A stretch of DNA of 64,000 nucleotides from an uncultured Candidatus Saccharibacteria bacterium. Lineage in GTDB: Bacteria > Patescibacteriota > Minisyncoccia > Phycocordibacterales > Phycocordibacteraceae. The DNA lies in contig CAZSKX010000001.1 in NCBI GenBank assembly GCA_964607655.1, positions 83,434 to 147,433 of the forward strand, read 5' to 3'. Positions 42,022 to 51,975 of this stretch are shown here, piece after piece. The notes under the pieces were generated by a model, which saw only the letters and a list, made by a program, of their open reading frames with translations, was not told where the DNA came from and made no database searches. Positions within the stretch are counted from its first letter, which is position 1. Each line of letters begins with the position of its first letter. The position numbers and the translations under genes were made by a program.

Positions 42022-43286
42022 GCACACAAACAAAAGCACAAGAATTTGCACTCTTTGGTGGCGGCAGGCTTATCGTCGCTCCGACACACGCTAAGGATGT
42101 GGTGACCATCCAAGGGAGCGTGCTCGGTGGCCCAAATTATTTCTCGAGTGACGAACGAGTGGTCCCCGGGCTTGGCTCGACGCTTCTCGACGCGGGTACC
42201 AGGACTAAATCTAAGGACGTAATTCGCGAAGGACTCGCAGAACGAGGGATGTCACTTAGCTTCTCGGCAGGAGGAGACCGAGTTAATTTTTCTGCACAGT
42301 GTTTTCCTGAAGACGTGTCGAAGTTGTTGGCGATCATTGCTGAATGTTTGGGCGAGGCCTCATTCCCTGAACAAGAGGTGGCGACCGCTAAAGCGGTCTT
42401 ACTCGCAGAGCTTGAAGAGGAGAGGTCAGACACGAGGGCACGAGCCGAGCGAGCGTTGGCGGGCCTGCTGTATGATCCGGCACATCCTCACTACGCCCGG
42501 CCGCTCGAGGAAGTGCGCGCGAGTGTCGAGCGGATCACTCGCGCAGACTTACAGGCGTTTCGTAAACGCCTCGGTAAGGCGGGGCTGTTATTGGTCGTAG
42601 CTGGCGACGTGGAGGCGGAAGCGATGCCTCGCGTAGTGGAAATAGCTTTTTCGAGGCTTGGGATAGGGGAGTCAGTGCCCCCAGTGAAGCCCATAAATGC
42701 CAAAGCGGTGCGCGCATCCGAGGTCGTAGTGCCGATCGCAGACAAGGCGAACGTCGATTTCCGGCTCGGTGTAGCGGTCCCTATCACGCTACTCGATCCT
42801 CAATACCGGCCTCTGTTTGTGCTCACGCAGATGCTCGGAAGCGGCACCTTCGACTCGCACCTCATGAAGACTATCCGCGATCGTGACGGACTTACGTATG
42901 GGATATGGGCTCAATTGACGGGCTTTGCATACGATACCGACGGATATTTTAGACTCGGAGCAACCTTCTCGCCGCTTTTGTACGGGCAAGCCGTGGTTGC
43001 GGTACGTCGGGAGCTGAAGGAGTTTCTAACGCGCGGTCTTACCGATAAGGCGTTCAAGAGTACTAAAGAGCGTCTGGCTGGGTCGTATAAGGTCTCGCTG
43101 GCGACGACCCGCGGGCTCGCGGTTACGCTCCACAACTTTGCGAGAAATGGCTATGCGGTTTCGTACCTTACCGAGTATCCGAAGTTGATCGAACAGGTCA
43201 CTCTGAAGGAGGTGAAAGAGGCGGCCACGCTGATCCCGCTCGACAAGCTCACCCTTGCTGCCGCAGGCACCTTCACGAAGAAATAA
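42018..43286 (+). CDS. M16-family peptidase, non-catalytic partner subunit.
   Basis: M16 fold length and layout without an HxxEH motif. 4-nt overlap with the upstream M16 gene. Confidence 0.65.
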   Translation: MSTQTKAQEFALFGGGRLIVAPTHAKDVVTIQGSVLGGPNYFSSDERVVPGLGSTLLDAGTRTKSKDVIREGLAERGMSLSFSAGGDRVNFSAQCFPEDVSKLLAIIAECLGEASFPEQEVATAKAVLLAELEEERSDTRARAERALAGLLYDPAHPHYARPLEEVRASVERITRADLQAFRKRLGKAGLLLVVAGDVEAEAMPRVVEIAFSRLGIGESVPPVKPINAKAVRASEVVVPIADKANVDFRLGVAVPITLLDPQYRPLFVLTQMLGSGTFDSHLMKTIRDRDGLTYGIWAQLTGFAYDTDGYFRLGATFSPLLYGQAVVAVRRELKEFLTRGLTDKAFKSTKERLAGSYKVSLATTRGLAVTLHNFARNGYAVSYLTEYPKLIEQVTLKEVKEAATLIPLDKLTLAAAGTFTKK

Positions 43287-43387
43287 GCGATCGAATAGGG
43301 CAGGTGCAAGGCCTTGCTCACTGTAATTTGCTATTGTATAGTACGAATTGGTTTTCAGTTCCACATACGTCAGAAGGAGACAAGCAG

Positions 43388-44692
43388 ATGATCAAAGTGA
43401 GCTTCGAAGCTCGTGGCAGTTGGCGTTCACGCGGGGGAGCGGTGCACGAAAAGATGGCGACCGAATCGGTTCGCACATTTTTTCGGACATACGAACAACC
43501 GCCCGAAGAGGTGCTGGTCGTGGCCTATTCGGCCGAGCGCGGAGGGCACGGTCACAATCCGGTCCGCCTAGTAAAGACAAAGCCGGACCCTCGCGCCGCA
43601 GGTGTACCGGTCATGATCCACGTCAAGGGATCACAGGGGCTCAAGTGCCTCGTGCAGGTCCCTGGATGGACCGATCGGCACCTCGAGAAGGTGATCTCCG
43701 ATGGTCCGTACCTAGTGAAGCGCAAGAGGTGCGACAACGGTGCGGAGGCGGAGATCATCGACCAGGCTCAGGAGTCTGCCGAGGTGCCGCAGGACGATCA
43801 GGCCATCGACTGGTCGGCGTACGAAGAGCCGGCGGGCGAAGCAGATCCGATCGAGGTTCCCGAGGAGCCGACAGCGCCCCCTGAGGAACGCGAGGTTGCG
43901 GTCGTGCTGACCGCTCCTGTCGTGCCGACAGTTCGGGAGACTCCGCTCGAGAAGCTGCGCAGGGCGAAGGTCCCACGGGAGGAGATCGAGCGGCTGCGGA
44001 CGACCATGGCATCGATCGTCTACCGTAAGGTGGGTGATAGGGAAGTCCCAAACACCCTGCAGATTTCGGTGACGGCCATCTCGACTGCGGCGCGTGAGCA
44101 CATGCAGCTTCCGATGAACAAAGTGGGCGACTATCGTGGAATTATCAACAATTTCTACAAGTCGCGCATCGCGCTCTTCGGCTACAAGCATGAAAGCTCG
44201 CTCGATCCCGACGCGCAGCTCGCCGACTGGATCATCGACGCCGAGCTCGTCATGGACTTCGTGGGCGGCAAGAATCAACTCGCCGCGCTGACGAAAGTTC
44301 GCGATCTCGAGGTCGCTGCCCGCAAGCGGCACGAAGAGGAGGCGGCAGCCGCTGTTCCTCCGCCGAGTGCAGTTGCGGTCGAGGAAGCCACAGAGACCGG
44401 TTTCCTCGAGGCCGAAGCGCTCCTCAACATGGCGGCACGAACGCTCGAAGCGCGTCGTGCTGCTGAGGAAGAGCTTCGTCTCGCGCGGGAGAACGCCGAG
44501 CAGCTTGCCGAAGAGGTCAGGCGTCGCGAGGCGGAGCTCACGGAGGCCAGGGCGGCTCACGAGAGCTCGCTCGCGCTCGTCGCCGAGGCAGAGACCAAGG
44601 TGGGCGAGTTTGTCCTCAGTCCTGACGTCGTCGAGAAGATCCGGAGAGCAAAGCAGCGCCTCGATGCGCTGGTGAGCGATCTCGGCATCTGA
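43388..44692 (+). CDS. Hypothetical protein with an acidic linker and a C-terminal coiled-coil.
   Basis: RBS AGAAGGAGA 7 nt upstream of the ATG. Long intact ORF. Ala/Glu/Arg-rich heptad-like C-terminus. Confidence 0.5.
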   Translation: MIKVSFEARGSWRSRGGAVHEKMATESVRTFFRTYEQPPEEVLVVAYSAERGGHGHNPVRLVKTKPDPRAAGVPVMIHVKGSQGLKCLVQVPGWTDRHLEKVISDGPYLVKRKRCDNGAEAEIIDQAQESAEVPQDDQAIDWSAYEEPAGEADPIEVPEEPTAPPEEREVAVVLTAPVVPTVRETPLEKLRRAKVPREEIERLRTTMASIVYRKVGDREVPNTLQISVTAISTAAREHMQLPMNKVGDYRGIINNFYKSRIALFGYKHESSLDPDAQLADWIIDAELVMDFVGGKNQLAALTKVRDLEVAARKRHEEEAAAAVPPPSAVAVEEATETGFLEAEALLNMAARTLEARRAAEEELRLARENAEQLAEEVRRREAELTEARAAHESSLALVAEAETKVGEFVLSPDVVEKIRRAKQRLDALVSDLGI

Positions 44693-44761
44693 TCGGATCG
44701 GCCCAAGGCCCTGTCGCGCAAGCGGCAGGGCCTTCCTTTTTTTGTTATAGTACTTTTCATC

Positions 44762-46633
44762 ATGACCGTCGCCGAAGTGCGCAGCCGATATCTCGAATTT
44801 TTTAAGAAACGAGGACATGTGGTGATCCCGTCTGCGCGCATAGTGCCGGGCAATGATCCTACGACGCTTTTTACCTCTTCCGGGATGCAACCCCTCTTGC
44901 CGTATTTCTTGGGAAAGCCACATCCAGAAGGTACGCGGGTGACCAACTCCCAACTTTCCTTCCGTGCAGGTGACATTGAGGAGATTGGCGACAATCGGCA
45001 CACCACCTTTTTCGAGATGCTCGGTAACTGGTCATTTGGTGACTATTTCAAACAGGAACAGTTGCCGTGGATTTTTGAATTTCTCACGAGTCCAGACACG
45101 GGATTCGGTATCGATCCTCAAAAGCTCTACATCACAGTTTACGCAGGGGACCCTGAGGCCGGTATCGCCGTAGACACTGAGGCGGTCGAGATCTGGCAGC
45201 GCCTCTTTAAAGAGAAGGGTATTGACGCAGGGTTTGCTTCAATTGGAAGCGAAGCAGCTGGATACGAGCGTGGGGTGCAGCAGGGTGAGCGAATCTTCGC
45301 CTATACCGATAAGAACTGGTGGAGCCGCTCAGGTGTGCCGGCCAAGATGCCCTCAGGAGAACCAGGCGGTCCAGATTCAGAAATCTTTTATGACTTCGGC
45401 ACACCGCATGATCCGAAATTTGGCACTCATTGCCACCCGAACTGTGATTGTGGACGGTTCGTGGAGATCGGGAATTCAGTGTTTATGCAGTTTGTGAAGA
45501 AGGAAGACGGCTCCTTTGAAGAATTACCGAGTAAAAATATCGACTTTGGTGGCGGGCTCGAGCGTATCACGATGGCGACTGTGGGCCCGGACATTTTCAT
45601 GCTTGATATTTTCGACCATGCGCGTGAGGTGTTAGGAAAGCGGGCAGGAGTGACCTACGGGACAGACGAAGCGGCCACAAAATCATTCCGCATCATTCTC
45701 GACCATATGCGCGCGGCCGCCTTTATGCTCGCAGAAGGTCTTACGCCGTCCAATACTGAAGCGGGCTACATCTTGCGTCGACTTATTCGCCGTTCTATCA
45801 GAGAGGCCGATCGCTTGGGGATCAAGGAGGCCGTTTTGGCAGATGTTGCAGAAGGTTTTGGTATGGCGTACGCAGACTTCTATCCATTCGTCTTAGACGC
45901 GGCCAGTAAGATCCGCGAAGAGTTAGAAAAAGAAGAAGAGCAGTTCCGTAAGACGCTCGTACAAGGCATGCGCGAACTCGAGAAGATGGGGCAGGAAATC
46001 GATGCGTTTACACTCTTCACGACCTACGGCTTCCCGGTTGAGCTCACTGCTGAGATAGCGAAGGAGCGGGGCGTTGCGCTTGATCTCGAGGCGGTACAAA
46101 AGAAGATGGAGGAGCACCAGGCGCTCTCGCGTGCGGGCGCAGCGCAGAAGTTTGCGGGCGGGTTGGCTGACCACGCCGAGCAGACGGTGCGTTACCACAC
46201 CGCACACCACATCCTCTTGAAAGCACTTCAGATAGTGCTTGGGCCCGAGGTGCACCAGCGCGGCAGCAATATTACAAGTGAGCGCCTGCGCATCGACTTC
46301 TCCTACGGGGCCAAGATGACCGACGAGCAGAAGAGGGAAGTGGAAAAGACTGTGAACGAGAAGATCGCAGAAGCGATTCCGGTCATCCGCACCGATATGC
46401 CGAAAGATGAAGCTGAGAAGCTTGGTGCTGAGCACGAGTTCGGCGCGACGTATCCAGACACGGTATCGGTCTACTCGGTAGGCTCGCTCGACAATGCGTT
46501 TTCAATAGAATTTTGTGGCGGGCCGCACGTCTCTAACACCAGCGAGCTCGGCGAGGGTGGGAAGAAATTTAAAATAGTTAAAGAAGAGGCTTCGTCAGCG
46601 GGTGTCCGGCGTATCAAAGCGGTTTTGGAATAG
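44762..46633 (+). CDS. alaS: Alanyl-tRNA synthetase, short form (catalytic + tRNA-recognition + editing-core; C-terminal C-Ala/oligomerisation domain absent).
   Basis: Class II motifs (FTSSGMQP, GNWSFGDYFK), editing HxxxH (HTAHHILLKALQIVLG) and CxxxH-region equivalents. 623 aa versus about 875 in typical bacteria. Confidence 0.85.
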   Translation: MTVAEVRSRYLEFFKKRGHVVIPSARIVPGNDPTTLFTSSGMQPLLPYFLGKPHPEGTRVTNSQLSFRAGDIEEIGDNRHTTFFEMLGNWSFGDYFKQEQLPWIFEFLTSPDTGFGIDPQKLYITVYAGDPEAGIAVDTEAVEIWQRLFKEKGIDAGFASIGSEAAGYERGVQQGERIFAYTDKNWWSRSGVPAKMPSGEPGGPDSEIFYDFGTPHDPKFGTHCHPNCDCGRFVEIGNSVFMQFVKKEDGSFEELPSKNIDFGGGLERITMATVGPDIFMLDIFDHAREVLGKRAGVTYGTDEAATKSFRIILDHMRAAAFMLAEGLTPSNTEAGYILRRLIRRSIREADRLGIKEAVLADVAEGFGMAYADFYPFVLDAASKIREELEKEEEQFRKTLVQGMRELEKMGQEIDAFTLFTTYGFPVELTAEIAKERGVALDLEAVQKKMEEHQALSRAGAAQKFAGGLADHAEQTVRYHTAHHILLKALQIVLGPEVHQRGSNITSERLRIDFSYGAKMTDEQKREVEKTVNEKIAEAIPVIRTDMPKDEAEKLGAEHEFGATYPDTVSVYSVGSLDNAFSIEFCGGPHVSNTSELGEGGKKFKIVKEEASSAGVRRIKAVLE

Positions 46634-46742
46634 GGCCCAACCCAAGTTTGACGGTAGATTCTAAAAAGGGTATACCTTTCTCCAGTTGGTTCTGCTGTAA
46701 ATTTTCTACGGCAGATCGTGCAAAGAAAAGGAGAGGGTTCAT

Positions 46743-47048
46743 ATGGTCAAAGTCACGTTGCTTTTGCATTTCTACGATGACGACGGCGTCTTCATCGCGC
46801 AACGTCTCACGCCGATCGAAGCGCCAAGTCTCGAGGTCCTGCAGGAGTTGATCGCGCAGGTGGAGCAGGTTGGGGATGGCGAGCCTTCCGCGCTTCCACT
46901 TCTTTTTTCGCTGGGCAAGGAAGATATTGCCTTCGTGCACAGACGCATCAAGGACCTGTTCCTTGTCGCAAGTCCTGACGGAGACAATCTCGGCTCGATT
47001 CGCGTCATGCAGGTCCTTCCGTACGATCTCACCAAGCTCGGGGCCTAA
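46743..47048 (+). CDS. Hypothetical small protein (101 aa).
   Basis: Intact ORF followed by a terminator hairpin at 47052-47094. Confidence 0.35.
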   Translation: MVKVTLLLHFYDDDGVFIAQRLTPIEAPSLEVLQELIAQVEQVGDGEPSALPLLFSLGKEDIAFVHRRIKDLFLVASPDGDNLGSIRVMQVLPYDLTKLGA

Positions 47049-47051
47049 AAG

Positions 47052-47094
47052 CACCCGGCAGGGGCCCTGGCCTCTGCCGGGTGTCCTCTTTTAT
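47052..47094 (+). terminator. Rho-independent terminator.
   Basis: CACCCGGCAG-GGGCCCTGGCCT-CTGCCGGGTG followed by TCCTCTTTTAT. Confidence 0.7.
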
Positions 47095-47143
47095 GTGCAC
47101 CCCTGCCATTGTGATTTTGGAGAGACTGCTATACTAGGAGGGT

Positions 47144-48355
47144 ATGCACAAATTTGACGACATCATCCCCCCATCACGCCGTAAGGATGGGGAAGCTATC
47201 AGCAATGCTCCTCGTGCCCATCGCCGCAGCCGGTTCCCGTATCTGACCGTTGGCGTCGTACTCGTTATTATCATTGGTTCGGTTGCTGCGCTCATGTACT
47301 TCTCGAGCGCTCGGATCGAGGTAACGCCAAACTCTGCCACGGCAGAGGTGCAGAGCACCTTCACCGCGACCGCAGGCACGGGGGAGCTTCCTTTTAAGGT
47401 CATCACGGTAGAGAAGATCGCTTCACAGAGCGTGAAGGGCACCGGCACGAAGAACGTCACCTCCTCGGCTTCAGGGATGATCACGATCTATAACACCCAG
47501 AGTAAGCCACAGACGCTTATCACCAAGACTCGTTTCCAGACCACGGCTGGTTTGGTTTACCGTATTCAGGCACCCGTCACGATCCCCTCAGGGTCGACTG
47601 ATAAGCCAGGCAGCGTTACGGCAAAGGTTGTTGCCGATCAGCCGGGGAGCTCGTACAACGTAGGTCCGAGCTCCTTCACGGTCCCGGGCTTCGCCGGTAC
47701 GCCTCAGGCTGACCAGGTCTATGCTAAGTCAACCGCGCCGATGGCGGGCGGAGCTTCGGGGGCTGTGCCGACGGTCGCGCCGAGCGATGAGGTCCAGGCA
47801 CGCGCAGCCCTTAAGACGGCTCTGGCGACCGATCTGCAGAAGGGTCTCGAAGAGCAGCTCGCTACTACCTACCCAGGTTACGTACTCCTTCCGGGCTCGG
47901 CCACGACCACCTACACCGCGCTCGAAGCAGCTCCTTCAACAACCGAAGGTATGGCCGACGTAAAAGAGCAGGGGACTATCACAGCAGTTATATTCCCGAA
48001 CCAGGCGCTCGCTAAGGCGGTGGCCGCATCAGTCGCAGGTCTCGGATATCAAGGCGAGGCCATCCTCTTCTCCTCGACGGACAGCTTGAAGATTGCTCCA
48101 ACGGCAGGCTTTCCTGACGCAAACGCTGCCTCCTTCAGCTTTGCGCTCTCGGGTACTGCACCGCTTGTCTATGATGTGGACACGTCGCGTATCGCAGCTG
48201 CCGTAGCGGGTAAGACTAAAACAGCTGCCGAGACAGCGCTTACGGCCTATCCAGAGGTAAGCAGGGCGATCATCATCCTGCGCCCCTTCTGGAAGCAGAC
48301 CTTCCCCGAGGACCCAGCGGCCATAGAGGTCACGGTCGTTGAGCCGGCTAAATAG
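47144..48355 (+). CDS. Membrane-anchored Thr/Ala-rich extracytoplasmic protein, unknown function.
   Basis: RBS AGGAGGG 4-5 nt upstream of the ATG with TATACT upstream. One TM helix (LTVGVVLVIIIGSVAALMYF). Confidence 0.5.
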   Translation: MHKFDDIIPPSRRKDGEAISNAPRAHRRSRFPYLTVGVVLVIIIGSVAALMYFSSARIEVTPNSATAEVQSTFTATAGTGELPFKVITVEKIASQSVKGTGTKNVTSSASGMITIYNTQSKPQTLITKTRFQTTAGLVYRIQAPVTIPSGSTDKPGSVTAKVVADQPGSSYNVGPSSFTVPGFAGTPQADQVYAKSTAPMAGGASGAVPTVAPSDEVQARAALKTALATDLQKGLEEQLATTYPGYVLLPGSATTTYTALEAAPSTTEGMADVKEQGTITAVIFPNQALAKAVAASVAGLGYQGEAILFSSTDSLKIAPTAGFPDANAASFSFALSGTAPLVYDVDTSRIAAAVAGKTKTAAETALTAYPEVSRAIIILRPFWKQTFPEDPAAIEVTVVEPAK

Positions 48356-48384
48356 TTGACCAAAGAGAGCCTTCCTGATAGATT
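48356..48384 (+). promoter_or_regulatory. Sigma70-type promoter (TTGACC - 17 nt - TAGATT) for the infA-rpmJ-rpsM-rpsK-rpsD-rpoA-rplQ cluster.
   Basis: Near-consensus -35 and plausible -10 with 17-nt spacing, 16 nt upstream of the infA ATG. Confidence 0.55.
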
Positions 48385-48399
48385 AATGCAGTACCCCGC

Positions 48400-48636
48400 A
48401 TGAGTGATGGAACAGTGAAAGAAACGACGGTAGGCACCGTTGAAGAGGTGTTGCCTGATTCGCTTTTTCGCGTTCGTATTCCTGCGGTCGAGGAGGGAGG
48501 TGAGGGACAGCTCGTGCTCGCCTATTTGGCGGGTAAGATGCGCCTTCACCGCATCCGCGTGTTGGTCGGTGACCAGGTCGATATGGTGCTCGACCCCTAT
48601 GGGGGACGGGCCCGCATTGTGCGTCGTTTATCGTAA
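48400..48636 (+). CDS. infA: Translation initiation factor IF-1.
   Basis: S1-like OB fold; [16 protein letters not shown]...[10 protein letters not shown] matches the IF-1 consensus. Confidence 0.85.
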   Translation: MSDGTVKETTVGTVEEVLPDSLFRVRIPAVEEGGEGQLVLAYLAGKMRLHRIRVLVGDQVDMVLDPYGGRARIVRRLS

Positions 48637-48656
48637 ACTTAAGCTTTATCCCATTC

Positions 48657-48773
48657 ATGAAAGTTCGAGCCTCTATCAAGAAGCAACAGCCGGGAGATCA
48701 GCTCGTTCGCCGTGGCGGACGCCTTTTTCGTATTAATAAAAAGAACCCGCGCCGCAAGGCTCGCCAGGGTTAA
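48657..48773 (+). CDS. rpmJ: 50S ribosomal protein L36, cysteine-free (C-minus) form.
   Basis: MKVRASIKK...RRGGRLFRI...KARQG matches the L36 frame, but all zinc-ligand Cys/His are replaced. Not in the ORF track (38 aa). Confidence 0.7.
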   Translation: MKVRASIKKQQPGDQLVRRGGRLFRINKKNPRRKARQG

Positions 48774-48784
48774 TTCGTTTTCGT

Positions 48785-49165
48785 ATGCGTATTGCCGGTG
48801 TAACCATCTCTGACGAAAAGCAGCTCTCATACGCACTGCCGTATATCTTCGGCATTGGCCCGATGCGCGCTAAGGAAATCCTCACCAAGGCGGGCGTCGC
48901 CTTCACCAAGAAGGGTAAGGAGCTCACCTCAGATGAAGAGCAGAAGATCCGCTCGCTCGCTGAAGCGTTCCTGATCGAAGGCGAGCTTCGCCGCGAGGTC
49001 GCTCAGAACGTTAAGCGTTTGAAGGATATTAAGAGTGCACGTGGCGAGCGTCACGCGCGCGGGCTCCCCGTACGCAACCAGCGCACGAAGACTAATTCGC
49101 GCACGCGCCGCGGCAACGTCCGTAAGACGATGACGTCAGGTCGCCGTACGCTTGAAAAGACATAA
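48785..49165 (+). CDS. rpsM: 30S ribosomal protein S13.
   Basis: MRIAGVTISDEKQLSYALPYIFGIGPMRAKEIL. Confidence 0.9.
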   Translation: MRIAGVTISDEKQLSYALPYIFGIGPMRAKEILTKAGVAFTKKGKELTSDEEQKIRSLAEAFLIEGELRREVAQNVKRLKDIKSARGERHARGLPVRNQRTKTNSRTRRGNVRKTMTSGRRTLEKT

Positions 49166-49170
49166 TCACC

Positions 49171-49605
49171 ATGGGTAAAAAACGAATCATTAAGAAGAGC
49201 GGGAAAGGACTCGATGCGGGACGCAAGGACCGCGCGATGGGCAAGGCGACCAAGCGTCACCTCGAGAAGGGCGTGCTCCACATCGAGGCAACCTTCAACA
49301 ACACCAAGGCCGTCCTTACCGACGAGAAGGGCAATGCTGTCGTGAGCTCGTCAGCGGGCGCACTCGGCTTCTCTGGTGCGCGCAAGTCGACGCCGTACGC
49401 AGCAGCGAAGGTCGGCGAGTTCCTCGGCGAGAAGGGTACGATGATCGGCCTTAAGGAGGCATCAGTAGTGATCCGTGGTGTTGGCGCTGGCCGCCAGTCG
49501 GTGCTCCGCGCGTTTGCAACGAAGGGTATCCAGATCCGCTCGATCAAGGACGCAACCCCGGTGCCACACAACGGTCCGCGCCCACCACGCCCACGCCGCG
49601 TATAG
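49171..49605 (+). CDS. rpsK: 30S ribosomal protein S11.
   Basis: HIEATFNNTKAVLTDEKGNAVVSSSAGALGFSGARKSTPYAA. Confidence 0.9.
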   Translation: MGKKRIIKKSGKGLDAGRKDRAMGKATKRHLEKGVLHIEATFNNTKAVLTDEKGNAVVSSSAGALGFSGARKSTPYAAAKVGEFLGEKGTMIGLKEASVVIRGVGAGRQSVLRAFATKGIQIRSIKDATPVPHNGPRPPRPRRV

Positions 49606-49619
49606 TCTTTTAAATAAAT

Positions 49620-50237
49620 ATGAAAACTGGTCCACGATACAAAATAGCTAAGCGACTCGGCGTCTCTGTCTTTGAAAAGGCACAGACCCAGAAGTTCGCG
49701 CTCTCTGCTGACCGCAGCGCCCGTGCCAAAACTGGCAAGAAGGGGCGCGGTCGTCAGAGTGAATACGGTAAGCAGATGCTCGAGAAGCAGAAGGTGCGCG
49801 TCACCTATGGTCTTACGGAGAAGCAGTTCCGTAGCTATGTGAACAAGTCCCTTGCCGCTCGCAGCGCTAAGCCGACGGAGTTTCTTCACGAGCTCCTCGA
49901 GACTCGTCTCGACAACGTCGTCTGGCGTCTCGGGCTCGCGTCGACGCGCCGCGCGGCACGTCAGATGGTCGCTCACGGCCACGTGCTTGTGAACGGTAAG
50001 AAGGTTCGGGTGCCATCGCACGCGGTGAAGATCGGTGAAGCGATCGCCGTGCGCGAAGGTTCGAAGGGTCATGGTGCGCTCGTGGGCTTTGGTGAGCGTT
50101 TTCTCGAGCGCTCACTCCCGAGCTGGCTCTCCTTCGATGCTAAGACGATGGCCGGGTCGCTCAAGGAGCGTCCGACCATGGTCTCGGCAGATCCGGCCGG
50201 AGACTTGGGTCAGGTGCTCTCGTTCTACACGCGTTAG
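49620..50237 (+). CDS. rpsD: 30S ribosomal protein S4.
   Basis: N-terminal MKTGPRYKIAKRLGVS, S4 RNA-binding domain (RLDNVVWRLGLASTRRAARQMVAHGHVLVNGKKV). Confidence 0.9.
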   Translation: MKTGPRYKIAKRLGVSVFEKAQTQKFALSADRSARAKTGKKGRGRQSEYGKQMLEKQKVRVTYGLTEKQFRSYVNKSLAARSAKPTEFLHELLETRLDNVVWRLGLASTRRAARQMVAHGHVLVNGKKVRVPSHAVKIGEAIAVREGSKGHGALVGFGERFLERSLPSWLSFDAKTMAGSLKERPTMVSADPAGDLGQVLSFYTR

Positions 50238-50267
50238 TTTATTAATCTTAGGTAATACGATTTTGTT

Positions 50268-51218
50268 ATGGAATACCACATCACACTGCCAAGCAAGCCA
50301 CGCATTGTTTCAGAAGAAGGAGTGCAGGGCGTTTATGAAATAGATTCACTCTACCCGGGCTACGGTCACACGCTCGGTAACAGCCTCCGCCGGATTATCC
50401 TCTCATCACTCCCGGGTGCTGCGATCACGCAGGTCAAGATCGAGGGTGTTCCGCACGAGTTCGCGACCGTCGACGGTATGCGCGAGACGGTGATGGAGAT
50501 GCTTCTTAACTTGAAGCGTGTTCACTTCGTGCTTCACGGCGACGAGCCACAGACGATCACTCTGAACGCTAAGGGCGCAGGAGAGGTCACTGCAAAAGAT
50601 TTCAAACTCCCAAGTCAGGTCGAGATCCAAAACCCTGATCAGCACATCGCTGATCTTGAGGCGAAGGCCGTTCTCGAGATGGAAGTAACCATCGACCGCG
50701 GCCTTGGCTACGTTTCTCGCGAGGTGCTCACCAAGGAGAAGGTAAATATCGGCACGATCGCGCTCGACGCGACCTTTACCCCGATCCGCCGCGTGAACTA
50801 CGAAGTAGAGAACATGCGCGTGGGTGACCGCACCGACTTCAATCGTCTCCGCATCTTTATCGAGACGAACAACACGATCACGCCGCGCACCGCGCTTGAA
50901 AAGGCGATCGAGACGATGATCCACCAGCTTAAGGCGATTATCGGATTCCAGGAGGAGTCAGCGATCGGAAACGGAGGCGGCAAGGCTTCAAGCGAAGCTG
51001 ATGATTCGAGCTTCGACGCGGGTAAGGTAAAGGTCGCTGACCTTGGCCTCTCAGCACGCGTGACGAGCGCGCTCGAAGATGCGGGGATTAAGACCGCTGC
51101 CGGCCTCGCTCGTAAGAGCGCGGGTGCCTTGAAGGAGCTCGATGGTATCGGCGACAAGGCGGTCGACGAGATCGCGAAGGCACTCGCCGGTATGGGGCTC
51201 ACCCTGAAGGCCGACTAA
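50268..51218 (+). CDS. rpoA: DNA-directed RNA polymerase alpha subunit.
   Basis: Alpha N-terminal domain motifs (GYGHTLGNSLRRIILSSLPGAAIT) and C-terminal alpha-CTD HhH (LGLSARVTSALEDAGIKTAAGL). Confidence 0.9.
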   Translation: MEYHITLPSKPRIVSEEGVQGVYEIDSLYPGYGHTLGNSLRRIILSSLPGAAITQVKIEGVPHEFATVDGMRETVMEMLLNLKRVHFVLHGDEPQTITLNAKGAGEVTAKDFKLPSQVEIQNPDQHIADLEAKAVLEMEVTIDRGLGYVSREVLTKEKVNIGTIALDATFTPIRRVNYEVENMRVGDRTDFNRLRIFIETNNTITPRTALEKAIETMIHQLKAIIGFQEESAIGNGGGKASSEADDSSFDAGKVKVADLGLSARVTSALEDAGIKTAAGLARKSAGALKELDGIGDKAVDEIAKALAGMGLTLKAD

Positions 51219-51226
51219 CTAGGACT

Positions 51227-51580
51227 ATGGCGTACACGAAGAAAGCACGAGTATTTGGACGACCGGCGAATCAGCGCCGCGCTTTGATGCGCTCGCTTGC
51301 GCGCTCGCTCGTTATCCACGAGACGATCTCGACTACCGAGGCCAAGGCTAAGGAGCTGCGACCTTTTGTCGAGCGCCTGGTCACGTACGCCAAGACGAAC
51401 ACGCTCGCGAGTCGTCGTCTCGCTATAAGCCGTCTCCAGGACGAGGAGGCCGTAAAGAAACTCTTCACCGCTATTGGTCCTCGCTACGTCGACCGCAAGG
51501 GTGGCTACACGCGCGTGGTGAAGCGCGCAAAGCGCGGGAGTAACGACGGACGCAAGCTTGCGTACATCGCATTTGTCTAG
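51227..51580 (+). CDS. rplQ: 50S ribosomal protein L17.
   Basis: MAYTKKARVFGRPANQRRALMRSLARSLVIHETI. Confidence 0.9.
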   Translation: MAYTKKARVFGRPANQRRALMRSLARSLVIHETISTTEAKAKELRPFVERLVTYAKTNTLASRRLAISRLQDEEAVKKLFTAIGPRYVDRKGGYTRVVKRAKRGSNDGRKLAYIAFV

Positions 51581-51589
51581 TACGGTGCT

Positions 51590-51973
51590 TTGATCAAGGA
51601 CATGAAAAAAGTTACGAAACCAACATCCATCACCTACACGATCGACGCGACTGACCGTACGCTTGGTCGCGTATGTAGCGAAGCGGCACACGCTCTCCTC
51701 GGCAAGCGTTCAGTAACGTTCGCAAAGAATGTTACCGCCGACATTACGGTCATCGTCGAGAACGCGAGCAAGCTCCACCTCCCTAAGAAGCGTCAGGAGG
51801 GTAAGATCTACACGCACTACACCGGCTACCCGGGTGGTCTCCGCGAGGTGCGCATGGACATGATGATTAGCAAGAAGGGTATCGAGGAGGTCGTACGCAA
51901 GACCGTCGACGGGATGATCCCGCGCAACAAGCTACGCACCCCGCGCATGAAGCATTTGATCGTTAAGGCATAA
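51590..51973 (+). CDS. rplM: 50S ribosomal protein L13.
   Basis: TYTIDATDRTLGRVCSEAAHALLGK...HYTGYPGG. Confidence 0.85.
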   Translation: MIKDMKKVTKPTSITYTIDATDRTLGRVCSEAAHALLGKRSVTFAKNVTADITVIVENASKLHLPKKRQEGKIYTHYTGYPGGLREVRMDMMISKKGIEEVVRKTVDGMIPRNKLRTPRMKHLIVKA

Positions 51974-51975
51974 CT

